IMG/VR virus record: IMGVR_UViG_3300036782_000077
Location: 1-59,157 of that record
Length of the DNA: 59,157 nucleotides
Source: a virus
Taxonomy: Duplodnaviria; Caudoviricetes
Reading direction: 5' to 3' (one strand)
Each line of letters starts with the position of its first letter. Within the stretch, counting starts at the first letter, position 1. A program made the translations under genes and the position numbers. Below the pieces are notes generated by a model. The model did not search any database. It saw only the letters and a list, made by a program, of their open reading frames with translations, and was not told the DNA's origin. Positions 20,569 to 28,889 of this stretch are shown here, in pieces.

Positions 20569-20856
20569 TCAGGCGGCACCGCGGGCGCGGATGCGACCGG
20601 CGGCCTCGACCAGGTGGTCGGTGCGGTCGATCCATTCTCCCGGCATCGTCTCGCCGCGGGTCTCGCTTGCAGCGAGTACGTGGCCGTGGTCGGTGGCAGC
20701 CAGGACGCGCCGGGCAACACCTTCCCACTTCTCGAAGATGGAGACGAGTTGGTCCACCGGGGCCCGGTTGATCTCGCCCAGGAACCGCTGAGAGAGGTGA
20801 GGGTCGCCGAGCGCGTTGCAGATGGTCTCGATGGTCCACGCCTCGCTGCCGCTCAT
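20569..20856 (-). CDS. antitoxin candidate (DUF6247-like)
   Basis: WTIETICNAL..P...QRFL.EI..AP...F.KW; upstream of the toxin-like gene; GGAGG RBS. Confidence 0.5.
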   Translation of the reverse strand: MSGSEAWTIETICNALGDPHLSQRFLGEINRAPVDQLVSIFEKWEGVARRVLAATDHGHVLAASETRGETMPGEWIDRTDHLVEAAGRIRARGAA

Positions 20857-21070
20857 GCCGCTGCCGCCTCCCTGGGCTCGCCATTCGTGATGCACGATAG
20901 CGCACAGCCCGCCATTACGTGACGGAATATGCCACTGGAAAATGCCATATTCGCAGGTCAGGAAGCCGCCCTCCCCGCGCACGCGGAATGGCGAGCCATC
21001 ACCGGCGCCGAGTCGAGGCGGTTACCGAAACCCGGCTACAGGCAGCTCACCGGACCGCTACTGTCGCCGC

Positions 21071-21400
21071 GTGCGATACGCCCACTACTGCGAGTCATGC
21101 GACGCCCGGTCACCCCACCGGCACGACGACTACGAAGCCCGCCGCGACCGCGACCTCCACCGCCGCATCGCCCACCACCGCCTCGAACCACGCGACCGCA
21201 TCGAGGAGATCCCCGGCCCCATCCACACGACGGCAAGCGCACTCCTCTCCGGCGCGGCGGCCGGCGCGCGGAGAGCGGCCCGATCCCATGGAATGCAGCA
21301 GATGCGCCAGACCACCTACTGGAAGCAGGCCGTGCGGCTGCTGTGGATCGGCGGGGGCGCGCTCTTCTTGCTGTCCCTGCTCCTGCGGCGGCACCCATGA
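21071..21400 (+). CDS. zinc-binding protein with C-terminal TM helix
   Basis: TACTGT-N6-GTG; CESC...H...H; LLWIGGGALFLLSLLL. Confidence 0.55.
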   Translation: MRYAHYCESCDARSPHRHDDYEARRDRDLHRRIAHHRLEPRDRIEEIPGPIHTTASALLSGAAAGARRAARSHGMQQMRQTTYWKQAVRLLWIGGGALFLLSLLLRRHP

Positions 21401-21452
21401 GACAGCGGAGCCCCCACCGCAGCGGAGGCTCGACGCCTGCTCCTACCGGCAG

Positions 21453-21914
21453 TCAGGTCCGGTCGACCTGCGAGACCCGCACGCTCTTGATGTCCGCGAT
21501 CTTCCCGTTCTCGATCTCGGCGTCCACTGGGGCGATGTCCCCCCTCTTCGCCTTGCCCACGCCGAGTTTGTCGGCGGTCACGCCCGTCTTCCCGAGCACA
21601 TCGCCGTCCCGGTCGAGGAATTCGAGCTGCGCGAAGTAGTCCGCGGCCTTCGGCCCGGAGTTATGGATCTCGTAGTGGACCACGTATGCCTTCGGCCCCC
21701 ACACCGCGTGGTTCTCGACACCGCACTTGAGGATCTTCACGTCCTTGACCGCAGACGGCTTTTCGCCGCCGTCGGCCGCGACGGGATCCGGCTTCGATGA
21801 AGTCGTCGACCCTGCTGAGGATTCACTCTTCCCGGCTTGACCGGTCCCCGAGCATCCAGCAAGTAACCCGGCAGCGACGCCGGTTGCGGCCAGCGTGAGC
21901 GCGATCCTGCGCAT
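21453..21914 (-). CDS. secreted lipoprotein (FxLYD-like fold), candidate exclusion protein
   Basis: Signal peptide with LAGC lipobox; I.N.G.K.ADY....EFLD.DG..LG; TTA at 21866. Confidence 0.75.
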   Translation of the reverse strand: MRRIALTLAATGVAAGLLAGCSGTGQAGKSESSAGSTTSSKPDPVAADGGEKPSAVKDVKILKCGVENHAVWGPKAYVVHYEIHNSGPKAADYFAQLEFLDRDGDVLGKTGVTADKLGVGKAKRGDIAPVDAEIENGKIADIKSVRVSQVDRT

Positions 21915-22057
21915 GATCCCCTCCTGTGCCACGCGGCGATGCCCCCGGCACCTGCGACCGCGATGGCTCGTGCAGGACCGTACAGCCCACAGCGCCCGCC
22001 TTGAGGGGATTCGCGCAACTCCGCCCCCACCACCTCCCGGCGGAGGCGGAGCCGCAC

Positions 22058-22852
22058 CTACTCGCCCCGAGACTCCCGAGGCCAGTACGCACTCTCATCA
22101 CGCGCGATTGCATACGACACGGCGAACCGGTCCGCTGGCATCCTCGTTTGATTCACCTCGACCACCTGGTCGCCCACACGAGACACCCGAGTCACCACCA
22201 GGACGGGCAGGCCAGCTCCTATCCGCAGCTGCTCCTGCTCAACGTCACGCGCCGGCCGAGCGGAGACGGTCTCCTCCCACTCGATCACGGCGTCGAAATG
22301 CTCCTCGATCCGGTCGTAGATGCCGCCGGGCCCGGTCTTGACGGCGCCGAGCACCGGCAGCTGGCCGACCAGCGACATCGGCAGGTAGGACGTGGCGAGT
22401 TGCAACGGGCGCGCGGCGTCCGGGGGGCCGACAGCGCGGTCCCGGATCATGACGTGTTCGCCATGCGCTACACCGAGCAGATCAGCCACGTCGGTTGGAG
22501 GCACCCCCACTTCCTGGGTCGGCGTGCCGATGCCACGCCAGTCCTGGGCTCCCAAGTCGAAGAAGTAGCCAAGTTGGTCGCGGTAGGCGTGCCGATCCCT
22601 GGCGACGATGGGCGCTGGGGCGGCTGGGCGGATAAAGGTCCCGCGTCTCCCCTCGCTGAACAGGAGCCCTTCTGCGACCAGGTGCTTTACCGCGCGGTGG
22701 GCTGTCTCGCGCGCCACGCCATATCGCACGCGCAGGCGTTCGATCCCCGGGATCGGCTTCTCAGCCGGCCATAGGCCAGCTTCCACATCGCGCCGGATTC
22801 GCGCCGCGACGTCTCGATAGCTGGCCACTTCGTCATCACCCCTTTGGCTCAT
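22058..22852 (-). CDS. GntR-family (HutC/UTRA, KorSA-like) repressor
   Basis: YRDVAARIR...YGVARETAHRAV..L..EGL....RRGTF wHTH plus UTRA domain. Confidence 0.9.
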   Translation of the reverse strand: MSQRGDDEVASYRDVAARIRRDVEAGLWPAEKPIPGIERLRVRYGVARETAHRAVKHLVAEGLLFSEGRRGTFIRPAAPAPIVARDRHAYRDQLGYFFDLGAQDWRGIGTPTQEVGVPPTDVADLLGVAHGEHVMIRDRAVGPPDAARPLQLATSYLPMSLVGQLPVLGAVKTGPGGIYDRIEEHFDAVIEWEETVSARPARDVEQEQLRIGAGLPVLVVTRVSRVGDQVVEVNQTRMPADRFAVSYAIARDESAYWPRESRGE

Positions 22853-22919
22853 CGTTCACCTCCTATCCTATACAGGCCCCATCTATGTGGGGTAGTGTTC
22901 CCAGTGTCAGAACGCAAGC

Positions 22920-22954
22920 GGCCCTGACCTGGTCTTGCACACCAGGTCAGGGCC
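22920..22954. promoter_or_regulatory. perfect 14-bp inverted repeat in the leader of the GntR-divergent operon
   Basis: GGCCCTGACCTGGT-CTTGCAC-ACCAGGTCAGGGCC; -10-like TAGTGT at 22893. Confidence 0.55.
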
Positions 22955-22992
22955 TATGCGACTCCCTGCCTGAGCAACCAGGAGGAACCCGC

Positions 22993-23736
22993 ATGGCAAC
23001 GAAGCCTATCCTGGGTAGTCCATCCCTGTCGGTTTTGACTATCCGGCCGCGACGCCGCATCGCCCAGCGCCACCTCAACGCCGCCGCCCACGTCAACCAC
23101 GACGTCCTGTACACCACCATCAGCGCCGGAATGATCCTCATCCGCCGCTACCTCGTCGACCACGGCGCCACCCCTGAGTTCGCGGACCGCTACGGCTCCG
23201 CCTTCGGCCGCGTCGCCGCCAAGACCTACCGGACCACGCGCGACACCGAACCCCGCAAGGCGTGGTCCAACAGCACCGGCCGATGGCGCCGCGTCATGGG
23301 CTACCTGCCCGACGACACCGACATCCTCAACACCGCGCTCGCCGCCTACCCCCGCACCGCCCGCCTCACCCCGAAAGCCGCGGACCACACACAGCCCCGC
23401 GTGGAGGCGGACCGCACGACGAACGAGCACACCGTGCACGCCCCCAACGGCGCTGAATTCGTCGTCATGGACGCCGGCCGCTACGAGACCCGAATGGCTC
23501 GCGACGTCCGCCCGCTCGTCATGACCGACGGCCGCACCTGGACGGTCGGCGCCGCCCATCTCGGAGGACACTCCAGCGCGCCCATCGCGTGGCTCCCGGA
23601 CGTCCCCGCCTCGACGCTCGCTCCGCCCCCGGAAAGTAGCGGCGTGAACCCCGAGTACTACTGCGACTCCTGCCACGGCTGGCACGCCGGACCTTGCTGC
23701 GCCATCGCCAGGGACCAGAACGGCGGTGAGCGGTGA
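22993..23736 (+). CDS. hypothetical protein, possible DNA-binding N-domain
   Basis: GGAGG RBS; FGRVAAKTYR....EP motif; C-terminal CDSCH..H..CC. Confidence 0.6.
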   Translation: MATKPILGSPSLSVLTIRPRRRIAQRHLNAAAHVNHDVLYTTISAGMILIRRYLVDHGATPEFADRYGSAFGRVAAKTYRTTRDTEPRKAWSNSTGRWRRVMGYLPDDTDILNTALAAYPRTARLTPKAADHTQPRVEADRTTNEHTVHAPNGAEFVVMDAGRYETRMARDVRPLVMTDGRTWTVGAAHLGGHSSAPIAWLPDVPASTLAPPPESSGVNPEYYCDSCHGWHAGPCCAIARDQNGGER

Positions 23737-23897
23737 TGATCTGCTGTGGCAAGCCAATGCAGTACCAGGGTGAGGGCTACTGGGTCTGCACCGTCTGCCA
23801 GGCCAGCTACCAGGGCTCCGGCAGTGTCTACCCCGCGCCGACCAGTGCCCTGCTGGCTGTGCTCGCACTGGCGGCTGTGAGCAGTAATGGCGCCTGA
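23736..23897 (+). CDS. 53-aa zinc-ribbon micro-protein
   Basis: MICCGKPMQYQGEGYWVCTVCQASY...ALLAVLALAAV; coupled to upstream stop. Confidence 0.55.
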   Translation: MICCGKPMQYQGEGYWVCTVCQASYQGSGSVYPAPTSALLAVLALAAVSSNGA

Positions 23898-23979
23898 CCT
23901 CGACGGCCCTACGGCCAATGAAGACGACGTCGACGGTGCCCTCTTTGGGCCATATGACGACAGCGACGAAGACGAGTGA
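23887..23979 (+). CDS. 30-aa acidic micro-peptide
   Basis: MAPDLDGPTANEDDVDGALFGPYDDSDEDE; overlaps the previous ORF end. Confidence 0.35.
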   Translation: MAPDLDGPTANEDDVDGALFGPYDDSDEDE

Positions 23980-24218
23980 GCCTCACCTGACCGTGCTCCC
24001 TTCCCTGCTGGGCCCGCGCCGCCTGCGGGCCCAGCCCTCCGTCCCATACGTGCGAGGGCGACCTCCCAGCTGATACCGAGTCGCCCCACCAGCCTTTGCG
24101 GTCCCCGGCATCACCCCCAGAAGGCGGCGATGCCGGGGCCGTGGCCGCTCGCATGGAGACGCCAGACCAGACAGGCGAAACCCTGGGGTGCAGCCCGGGG
24201 CCTCCGGGAGAACCGCAT

Positions 24219-24428
24219 ATGTTCCGCCGCAACCGCAGCACTGCCCTCGACGTCGGCGCCATCCGCGAGGCCACCTCCCTCCTCTGGGAGTCCACTGCCC
24301 TCAGCGCGAGGTCCATCGCTGCCAACGCGCGAGGTGACTCGGCTACCGCGATGCGCGCCGCCGGTGCAGCAGACCGCCCTGCCGAGGAGGCCGTCCGCAA
24401 GACCCGCAACGCCGGATGGACGGGCTGA
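24219..24428 (+). CDS. small hypothetical protein
   Basis: GGGAG RBS; MFRRNRSTALD... Confidence 0.55.
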   Translation: MFRRNRSTALDVGAIREATSLLWESTALSARSIAANARGDSATAMRAAGAADRPAEEAVRKTRNAGWTG

Positions 24429-24494
24429 CCGCCCACCGCGCCCCGGCCGGCATCGCCCAGCCAACTCCCTTACCGCCGTACCAAGGAGAACCGG

Positions 24495-24617
24495 ATGTCC
24501 GACACCGAGGTCGCCAAGGCTGCTGAGATCGCCGTGGGCGCCCTGACCGGCCCCTGGGTCGCGCGGGCCGCCGCTGGTGCGGGCCAGATCTTCGACTGGT
24601 TCATCTCGGCCCGCTGA
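24495..24617 (+). CDS. 40-aa amphipathic peptide
   Basis: AAGGAG RBS; MSDTEVAKAAEIAVGALTGPWVARAAAGAGQIFDWFISAR. Confidence 0.6.
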   Translation: MSDTEVAKAAEIAVGALTGPWVARAAAGAGQIFDWFISAR

Positions 24618-24729
24618 GGCTGGCGGCCACCCGGGCCGTCCCCGTCCCCGCCCGGTGCCGGGTGCGGTCCGAGGAGCCGCCAACCCGACTCTCGTCCCTC
24701 TTCCCACCAACACCGCACCGGAGACCGCC

Positions 24730-24900
24730 ATGCTCCCTTGCCGTCTCAAGGCCCGGATCATCGCCGCCGAGGCCCGCCGGATCGACCGCGCCGCCGTCTA
24801 CCTCGCTCTCCAGGCCACGAACCCCGCCTACGCCGAGGTCTACGCCGGCCGCGAGCCCCGACGCATGGACCGCCGCGGACGCCTCCTCAAGCGCCTGTAG
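24730..24900 (+). CDS. small basic hypothetical protein
   Basis: GGAG RBS; MLPCRLKARIIAAE... Confidence 0.5.
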   Translation: MLPCRLKARIIAAEARRIDRAAVYLALQATNPAYAEVYAGREPRRMDRRGRLLKRL

Positions 24901-24942
24901 CGCCGCCCCGCAGACACCCCGACGACCCCCGAGGACACCCCC

Positions 24943-26037
24943 ATGACCCCGTCCGGACACCCGGACACCACATCCGGACAGCCCCGCATTCCCGGCGTCC
25001 GGTACCGCAAAACTAGGCGGCACCGGACCGAGACCACCACCATCGGAGGCATCAGCGAGACCCGCGAGGTCCCCTACGAGGTCTACGAGCCGATCCCCCC
25101 GCGCGACCCGGACGACATCATCCTGCGCGGCGTCACCGGCGTCGCCGTCGGCGTGACCGCCCTGTCGGTCGCCGGGACCACCGCGAGCGTCGGCGGTCTC
25201 CTTGGCCACCTCATCCCCGCGCCCGTCGCGTACGGCGTCGCGCTCGTCTTCGACTCGGTATGGCTGGCTTGCCTCGGGGTTGAGTGGCTGGAGCGTCTGG
25301 ACCCCCAGCGCGCCTGGCCCGCCAGAATCGCCGGATGGGCCGCCCTCCTCATCGGCATGGGCGCCATCGCCGCGTACGGCACCACCCTGGGCCAGCCCGT
25401 CGCGGGCGTGGCCGGCGCCGCCGTCGGTCTCCTCGCCAAAGGACTGTGGTGGCTGGTCCTGAGGCACTACGCCGTGCCGCTGAGCGAGGGCGTCGCGCAC
25501 TGGCTGCGGCGCCGCCGGGAGAAGACAGCCGCTAGGACACTGCTGTCGAGTCAACTGCGGCGCCTGGACAAGCGCGAGGCGTACATGCAGGCGGCTTACG
25601 GGCCAGCGGCCGTGACAGCTGCTGAGGTCGTGGAGATCGAGGACCCCCAGCCCGTGCAGGCCGTCGCCGCGCCTCCCGCCCCTGCGCAGGGGTGGGAGGC
25701 CGCCCCGGCAGTTCCCGCGGCCCAGCACGCCCCGGCCCCGATCCCGACGAACACCGCCACCCCCAGCACGCAGATCACGCCCCCTGCGCCCTCCATCAAC
25801 ACCGCCCCCGCCTCGGCAGGCGCCCCCGGGTCTGCGGCGGGCGGCGCGCCGAACCCCAACACGGTCTCCCCGATAGGGCAGTCCATTGCCGCGACCATCC
25901 GCGCCGCCCTCGTGGACACATCCGGCATCACCGACGAAGACCTCCTCGACCACGTCCGAAGCGTCCACGGCGATCGGCCCCGCCTCGCCGACACCGTGAC
26001 CCGCACCCGTCGCCGCATCGAGAGGAGGGCATCGTGA
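24943..26037 (+). CDS. multi-TM membrane protein with Pro/Ala linker and C-terminal HTH-like domain (Spd/DUF2637-like)
   Basis: About four hydrophobic segments, PA-rich linker, C-terminal IAATIRAAL...DEDLL..V...DTV.R.RRR. Confidence 0.7.
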   Translation: MTPSGHPDTTSGQPRIPGVRYRKTRRHRTETTTIGGISETREVPYEVYEPIPPRDPDDIILRGVTGVAVGVTALSVAGTTASVGGLLGHLIPAPVAYGVALVFDSVWLACLGVEWLERLDPQRAWPARIAGWAALLIGMGAIAAYGTTLGQPVAGVAGAAVGLLAKGLWWLVLRHYAVPLSEGVAHWLRRRREKTAARTLLSSQLRRLDKREAYMQAAYGPAAVTAAEVVEIEDPQPVQAVAAPPAPAQGWEAAPAVPAAQHAPAPIPTNTATPSTQITPPAPSINTAPASAGAPGSAAGGAPNPNTVSPIGQSIAATIRAALVDTSGITDEDLLDHVRSVHGDRPRLADTVTRTRRRIERRAS

Positions 26038-26207
26038 CCGCCCTCGTCACGGCCGGCGCCTGGTGGTCGGTCAGCGTCCTCGCGCTGGCCGGCCTCGCCG
26101 CCGCCTCTCCCCGCGCGGTGCGCCCTGCCCTGCGAACCACTGCGGTCCTGCTGCCGGTCGCTGCCGCTCTCGCTCTGCTCTGCGCCCTCGGAGGCCACCA
26201 TGCCTGA
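26034..26207 (+). CDS. small two-TM membrane protein
   Basis: GAGGAGG RBS; two hydrophobic helices. Confidence 0.6.
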   Translation: MTALVTAGAWWSVSVLALAGLAAASPRAVRPALRTTAVLLPVAAALALLCALGGHHA

Positions 26208-27096
26208 CCAGCAGCAGGAAGCCCTGATGCTTGAGCGTCTCGCGGTCATCGACGACCCGATCTTCTTCACCTCACCAGGCGAACTGCTGGCGCAGGCCGC
26301 AGAAGAGGAGCGGCGTCGGGCAGCGGGGCCGAAGATCCGGATGGTCAAGGCACCTCGGCCAGCTCCCGAGCCACAGGTCGAGCTGGAGTCGAAGCCCGCG
26401 ATCACCGGTGAGGCCACGGCCACCCCGAAGCCCGCCGCCCCGCTGGCTGGCGGGGCCCGCCTCCCCGGCCCTGGGCAAACCGTCGACCTGGACAAGGACT
26501 GGTGGCCCCGGCCGGCCCCGACCGACGTCCAGACCGTTCCCCCCGAACCGGCTACCGAGCCGGAAGCGGCACCGGCTGCGACGCAAGACCAGCCCGCCTC
26601 CGCCGATCCCGTAGACGTCGCGGGCTACATCGTCCGAGCCCACCTAGCCGGGAAGGACGACGGGGGAGGCGCGTACGACCGGATGGCCGAAGCTCTCGAA
26701 GCCCTCGGCGACCGCCTCACCCCGCCCCCCGAGCCCTTAGCGAACCAGTGGGAGACCCCGCTGGGCCGCATCGCCTGGTGGGGCATCTACAACGGCGGAG
26801 CAGCCGCCGCGGCCCACTGGGGCCCCGCCATCGCCGGGTATCCCACGTGGTCACTACCCCGACTCGTGCACGACCTCATCGCGTCCACCACCGTCCCGTC
26901 CTTCCATTGGTCCACCAGCCTGATTGTCTCGGGCATCATCGCCGCGCTGGTCCGGTGGCAATGGGACAAGCGCACCCGCAAATTGCCGTTCGGGCTGGAC
27001 TGGGCTGCGCGTATCCCCCTCGCCTCCGTCATCGCAGGCAGCTTCACCGCCACCTGGGCCGTCATCGTCCATCTCGTTACCGGAGCTTCGGCGTGA
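26200..27096 (+). CDS. membrane protein with Pro-rich N-terminus
   Basis: GGAGG RBS; C-terminal TM segments; TTA at 26737. Confidence 0.65.
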   Translation: MPDQQQEALMLERLAVIDDPIFFTSPGELLAQAAEEERRRAAGPKIRMVKAPRPAPEPQVELESKPAITGEATATPKPAAPLAGGARLPGPGQTVDLDKDWWPRPAPTDVQTVPPEPATEPEAAPAATQDQPASADPVDVAGYIVRAHLAGKDDGGGAYDRMAEALEALGDRLTPPPEPLANQWETPLGRIAWWGIYNGGAAAAAHWGPAIAGYPTWSLPRLVHDLIASTTVPSFHWSTSLIVSGIIAALVRWQWDKRTRKLPFGLDWAARIPLASVIAGSFTATWAVIVHLVTGASA

Positions 27097-27596
27097 AGAT
27101 CGCTACCTCAATTTCCGTTGCCACACTGTCGATTGCAGTGGTCCTCATCGGGCTGAACCTCCGGTCATTTTGGAAAGGCAAGAAGGACCCCAAAATCCTC
27201 TTCCCCGGATCCGGAGGAATGGTGTTCGGCTCCACCCTGGCCGCATGCGTCGGCGGCGCCCTCGGAACGTCAGCAGGGGCCGTTGCCGGAGCTGGCAACG
27301 GTGTTTCCGGGATCGTTCCGTGGGCCACTGGAGCCGGTGACCGAGGCGTTGCCGTCGGGCACGCCACGGGCCTGACCGTAGAAGGCGGAGTCATCGCAGT
27401 CCTCGTCGCCGTCCTCGGGTTCCTGGCTGCCCGCGAGGGCGCCAAAACTTCTAAGAAGCGCGTTCTCGGAGGTGCCTTCTGCGGCATCGTCCTCACCTAC
27501 ACCGCTGGAATTGCCGCCCTCGTCGCCGCCTACCTCATCCCCGCCTATAACGAAGTCGGGCGACAGCTAGTAGCGGCGGTTGAGGGGGCACTGTGA
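27093..27596 (+). CDS. Gly/Ala-rich multi-TM membrane protein
   Basis: GTGA overlaps; four hydrophobic segments. Confidence 0.65.
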   Translation: MKIATSISVATLSIAVVLIGLNLRSFWKGKKDPKILFPGSGGMVFGSTLAACVGGALGTSAGAVAGAGNGVSGIVPWATGAGDRGVAVGHATGLTVEGGVIAVLVAVLGFLAAREGAKTSKKRVLGGAFCGIVLTYTAGIAALVAAYLIPAYNEVGRQLVAAVEGAL

Positions 27597-28504
27597 GTAG
27601 CCGAGTTCGCCGCATTGGGGGACGGTTTGCGGAGGGTCACGCCGCGCTTTCTGAAACGGTCACTCAGGGCCTGATCCAGGGCGGGAAATCAGGGCGATCC
27701 CGCGCCAGGAAAGCTGCCCGGTCCCTCGGGAAATGGGTTACTACAGGGGAAGGCGCCACGGACGTCCTCGTACGAATCGGGCTCATCCTCGCCGTCGTAG
27801 GACTCGGCGTGTATTTCATGCCTCTCCCCTCCCTCTACGCGCCCGTCGCGGCCGGGGGGCTAGCCGTATGCGTAGCTTTCGCCGCGTGGCGGTCTCCTCT
27901 CATCGGTGCCGCACTCGCTGTCGTGTTGATCGCCGCATTCGTCCACCCCGTGATCATGTGGCCGATCGCGGGAGGCTGGTGCGTCCTGGCATGGCGGGCT
28001 GCCTCCCGAGGAAAGGAGAGTGAGGAGAATGCCGACTCCCCGGAGAAGGACGCCGAAGGGGCCGCTGAAGAGGGGAGCGAGGAGGCTGTCTCGGAGCGGG
28101 TGCCCGACCCTCTCCTGATGCTCACCGCCAACCTCATCGGCAATGCCCGCGGCGTCCACCTGAAAGACATTGTGCAAGCCCTCAACCAGGCCGCCCCCAA
28201 CCGGCAGAGGACCACCGCGGAAGTGCGCGCCGCGCTGGCGCAAAAGGGGGTGTTCACGAGGGCCAGCGTGAGGGCCCCCAAGGGGGCCATTCCGGGGGCC
28301 GAGGAGGGGGTCACCCAAGGCATTCATCGGGACGACTTGGAGGCCGCCATCGGCTCCTTCCCTGTCCCTACCCCCAAGGCCCTCTCTGCTGAAGCTACTA
28401 CGCCCGCTACAGAGCCTGTGACCTGCGATGTAGCAACATCCGCTACGACTGTAGGACTCGCTGTAGCGCCCCCGCGCTCCAACGTTGCTCGGGCAGCAGT
28501 CTGA
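27593..28504 (+). CDS. membrane-anchored wHTH protein resembling the C-terminal DNA-binding region of TraB, without ATPase
   Basis: TM helices, acidic linker, RGVHLKDIV...EVRAAL...GV...VR....GIHRDDL; no Walker A motif. Confidence 0.55.
   Translation: MSSRVRRIGGRFAEGHAALSETVTQGLIQGGKSGRSRARKAARSLGKWVTTGEGATDVLVRIGLILAVVGLGVYFMPLPSLYAPVAAGGLAVCVAFAAWRSPLIGAALAVVLIAAFVHPVIMWPIAGGWCVLAWRAASRGKESEENADSPEKDAEGAAEEGSEEAVSERVPDPLLMLTANLIGNARGVHLKDIVQALNQAAPNRQRTTAEVRAALAQKGVFTRASVRAPKGAIPGAEEGVTQGIHRDDLEAAIGSFPVPTPKALSAEATTPATEPVTCDVATSATTVGLAVAPPRSNVARAAV
28394..28467. repeat. GCTAC/GTAGC repeat cluster (clt-like)
   Basis: GCTAC at 28394, 28406, 28442; GTAGC at 28430, 28463; central TGACCTGC. Confidence 0.55.
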
Positions 28505-28889
28505 TCTGGCCGGTCTCGCTGGCTACCCTGCGTCGCAGGATGCTTGGCGAGACCGGCCGGCACCCGCCGACTGGCATACCACTGAGGAGGATTCGCAATA
28601 AACCGATCTGATTTCATGACCGGCGATGACAGTAAAGCCGAAGCCGGACCGCTCGCAGACGAGGTCAATGAGGGAACTCCTCAAAACGTTGCCGATGTCG
28701 TCCACGAAGCAATCGACGTTGGACGTTTTGGAAAAGCGCGGCGACCTCTAGCTGTGCTGTCTCGGGAGATTGGTTACAACTCATGTCCAGAGGCTGACGC
28801 AGCCGAGAGCGTCAGTGGCTGCCTTGTCAACCCACCATCATTAGCCGGACGTTAAGGGCCCTCCCAGTTGCCTCCGTAGGCTTCTGTTC

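Noticed and set aside
27593-28504. Complete TraB/FtsK conjugation system (AICE)
   Set aside because: No Walker A/B ATPase domain and no RepSA/RepAM-type gene in the window
28505-28889. Short ORFs in the lower-GC gap before PP2C
   Set aside because: No RBS, codon bias or motif support
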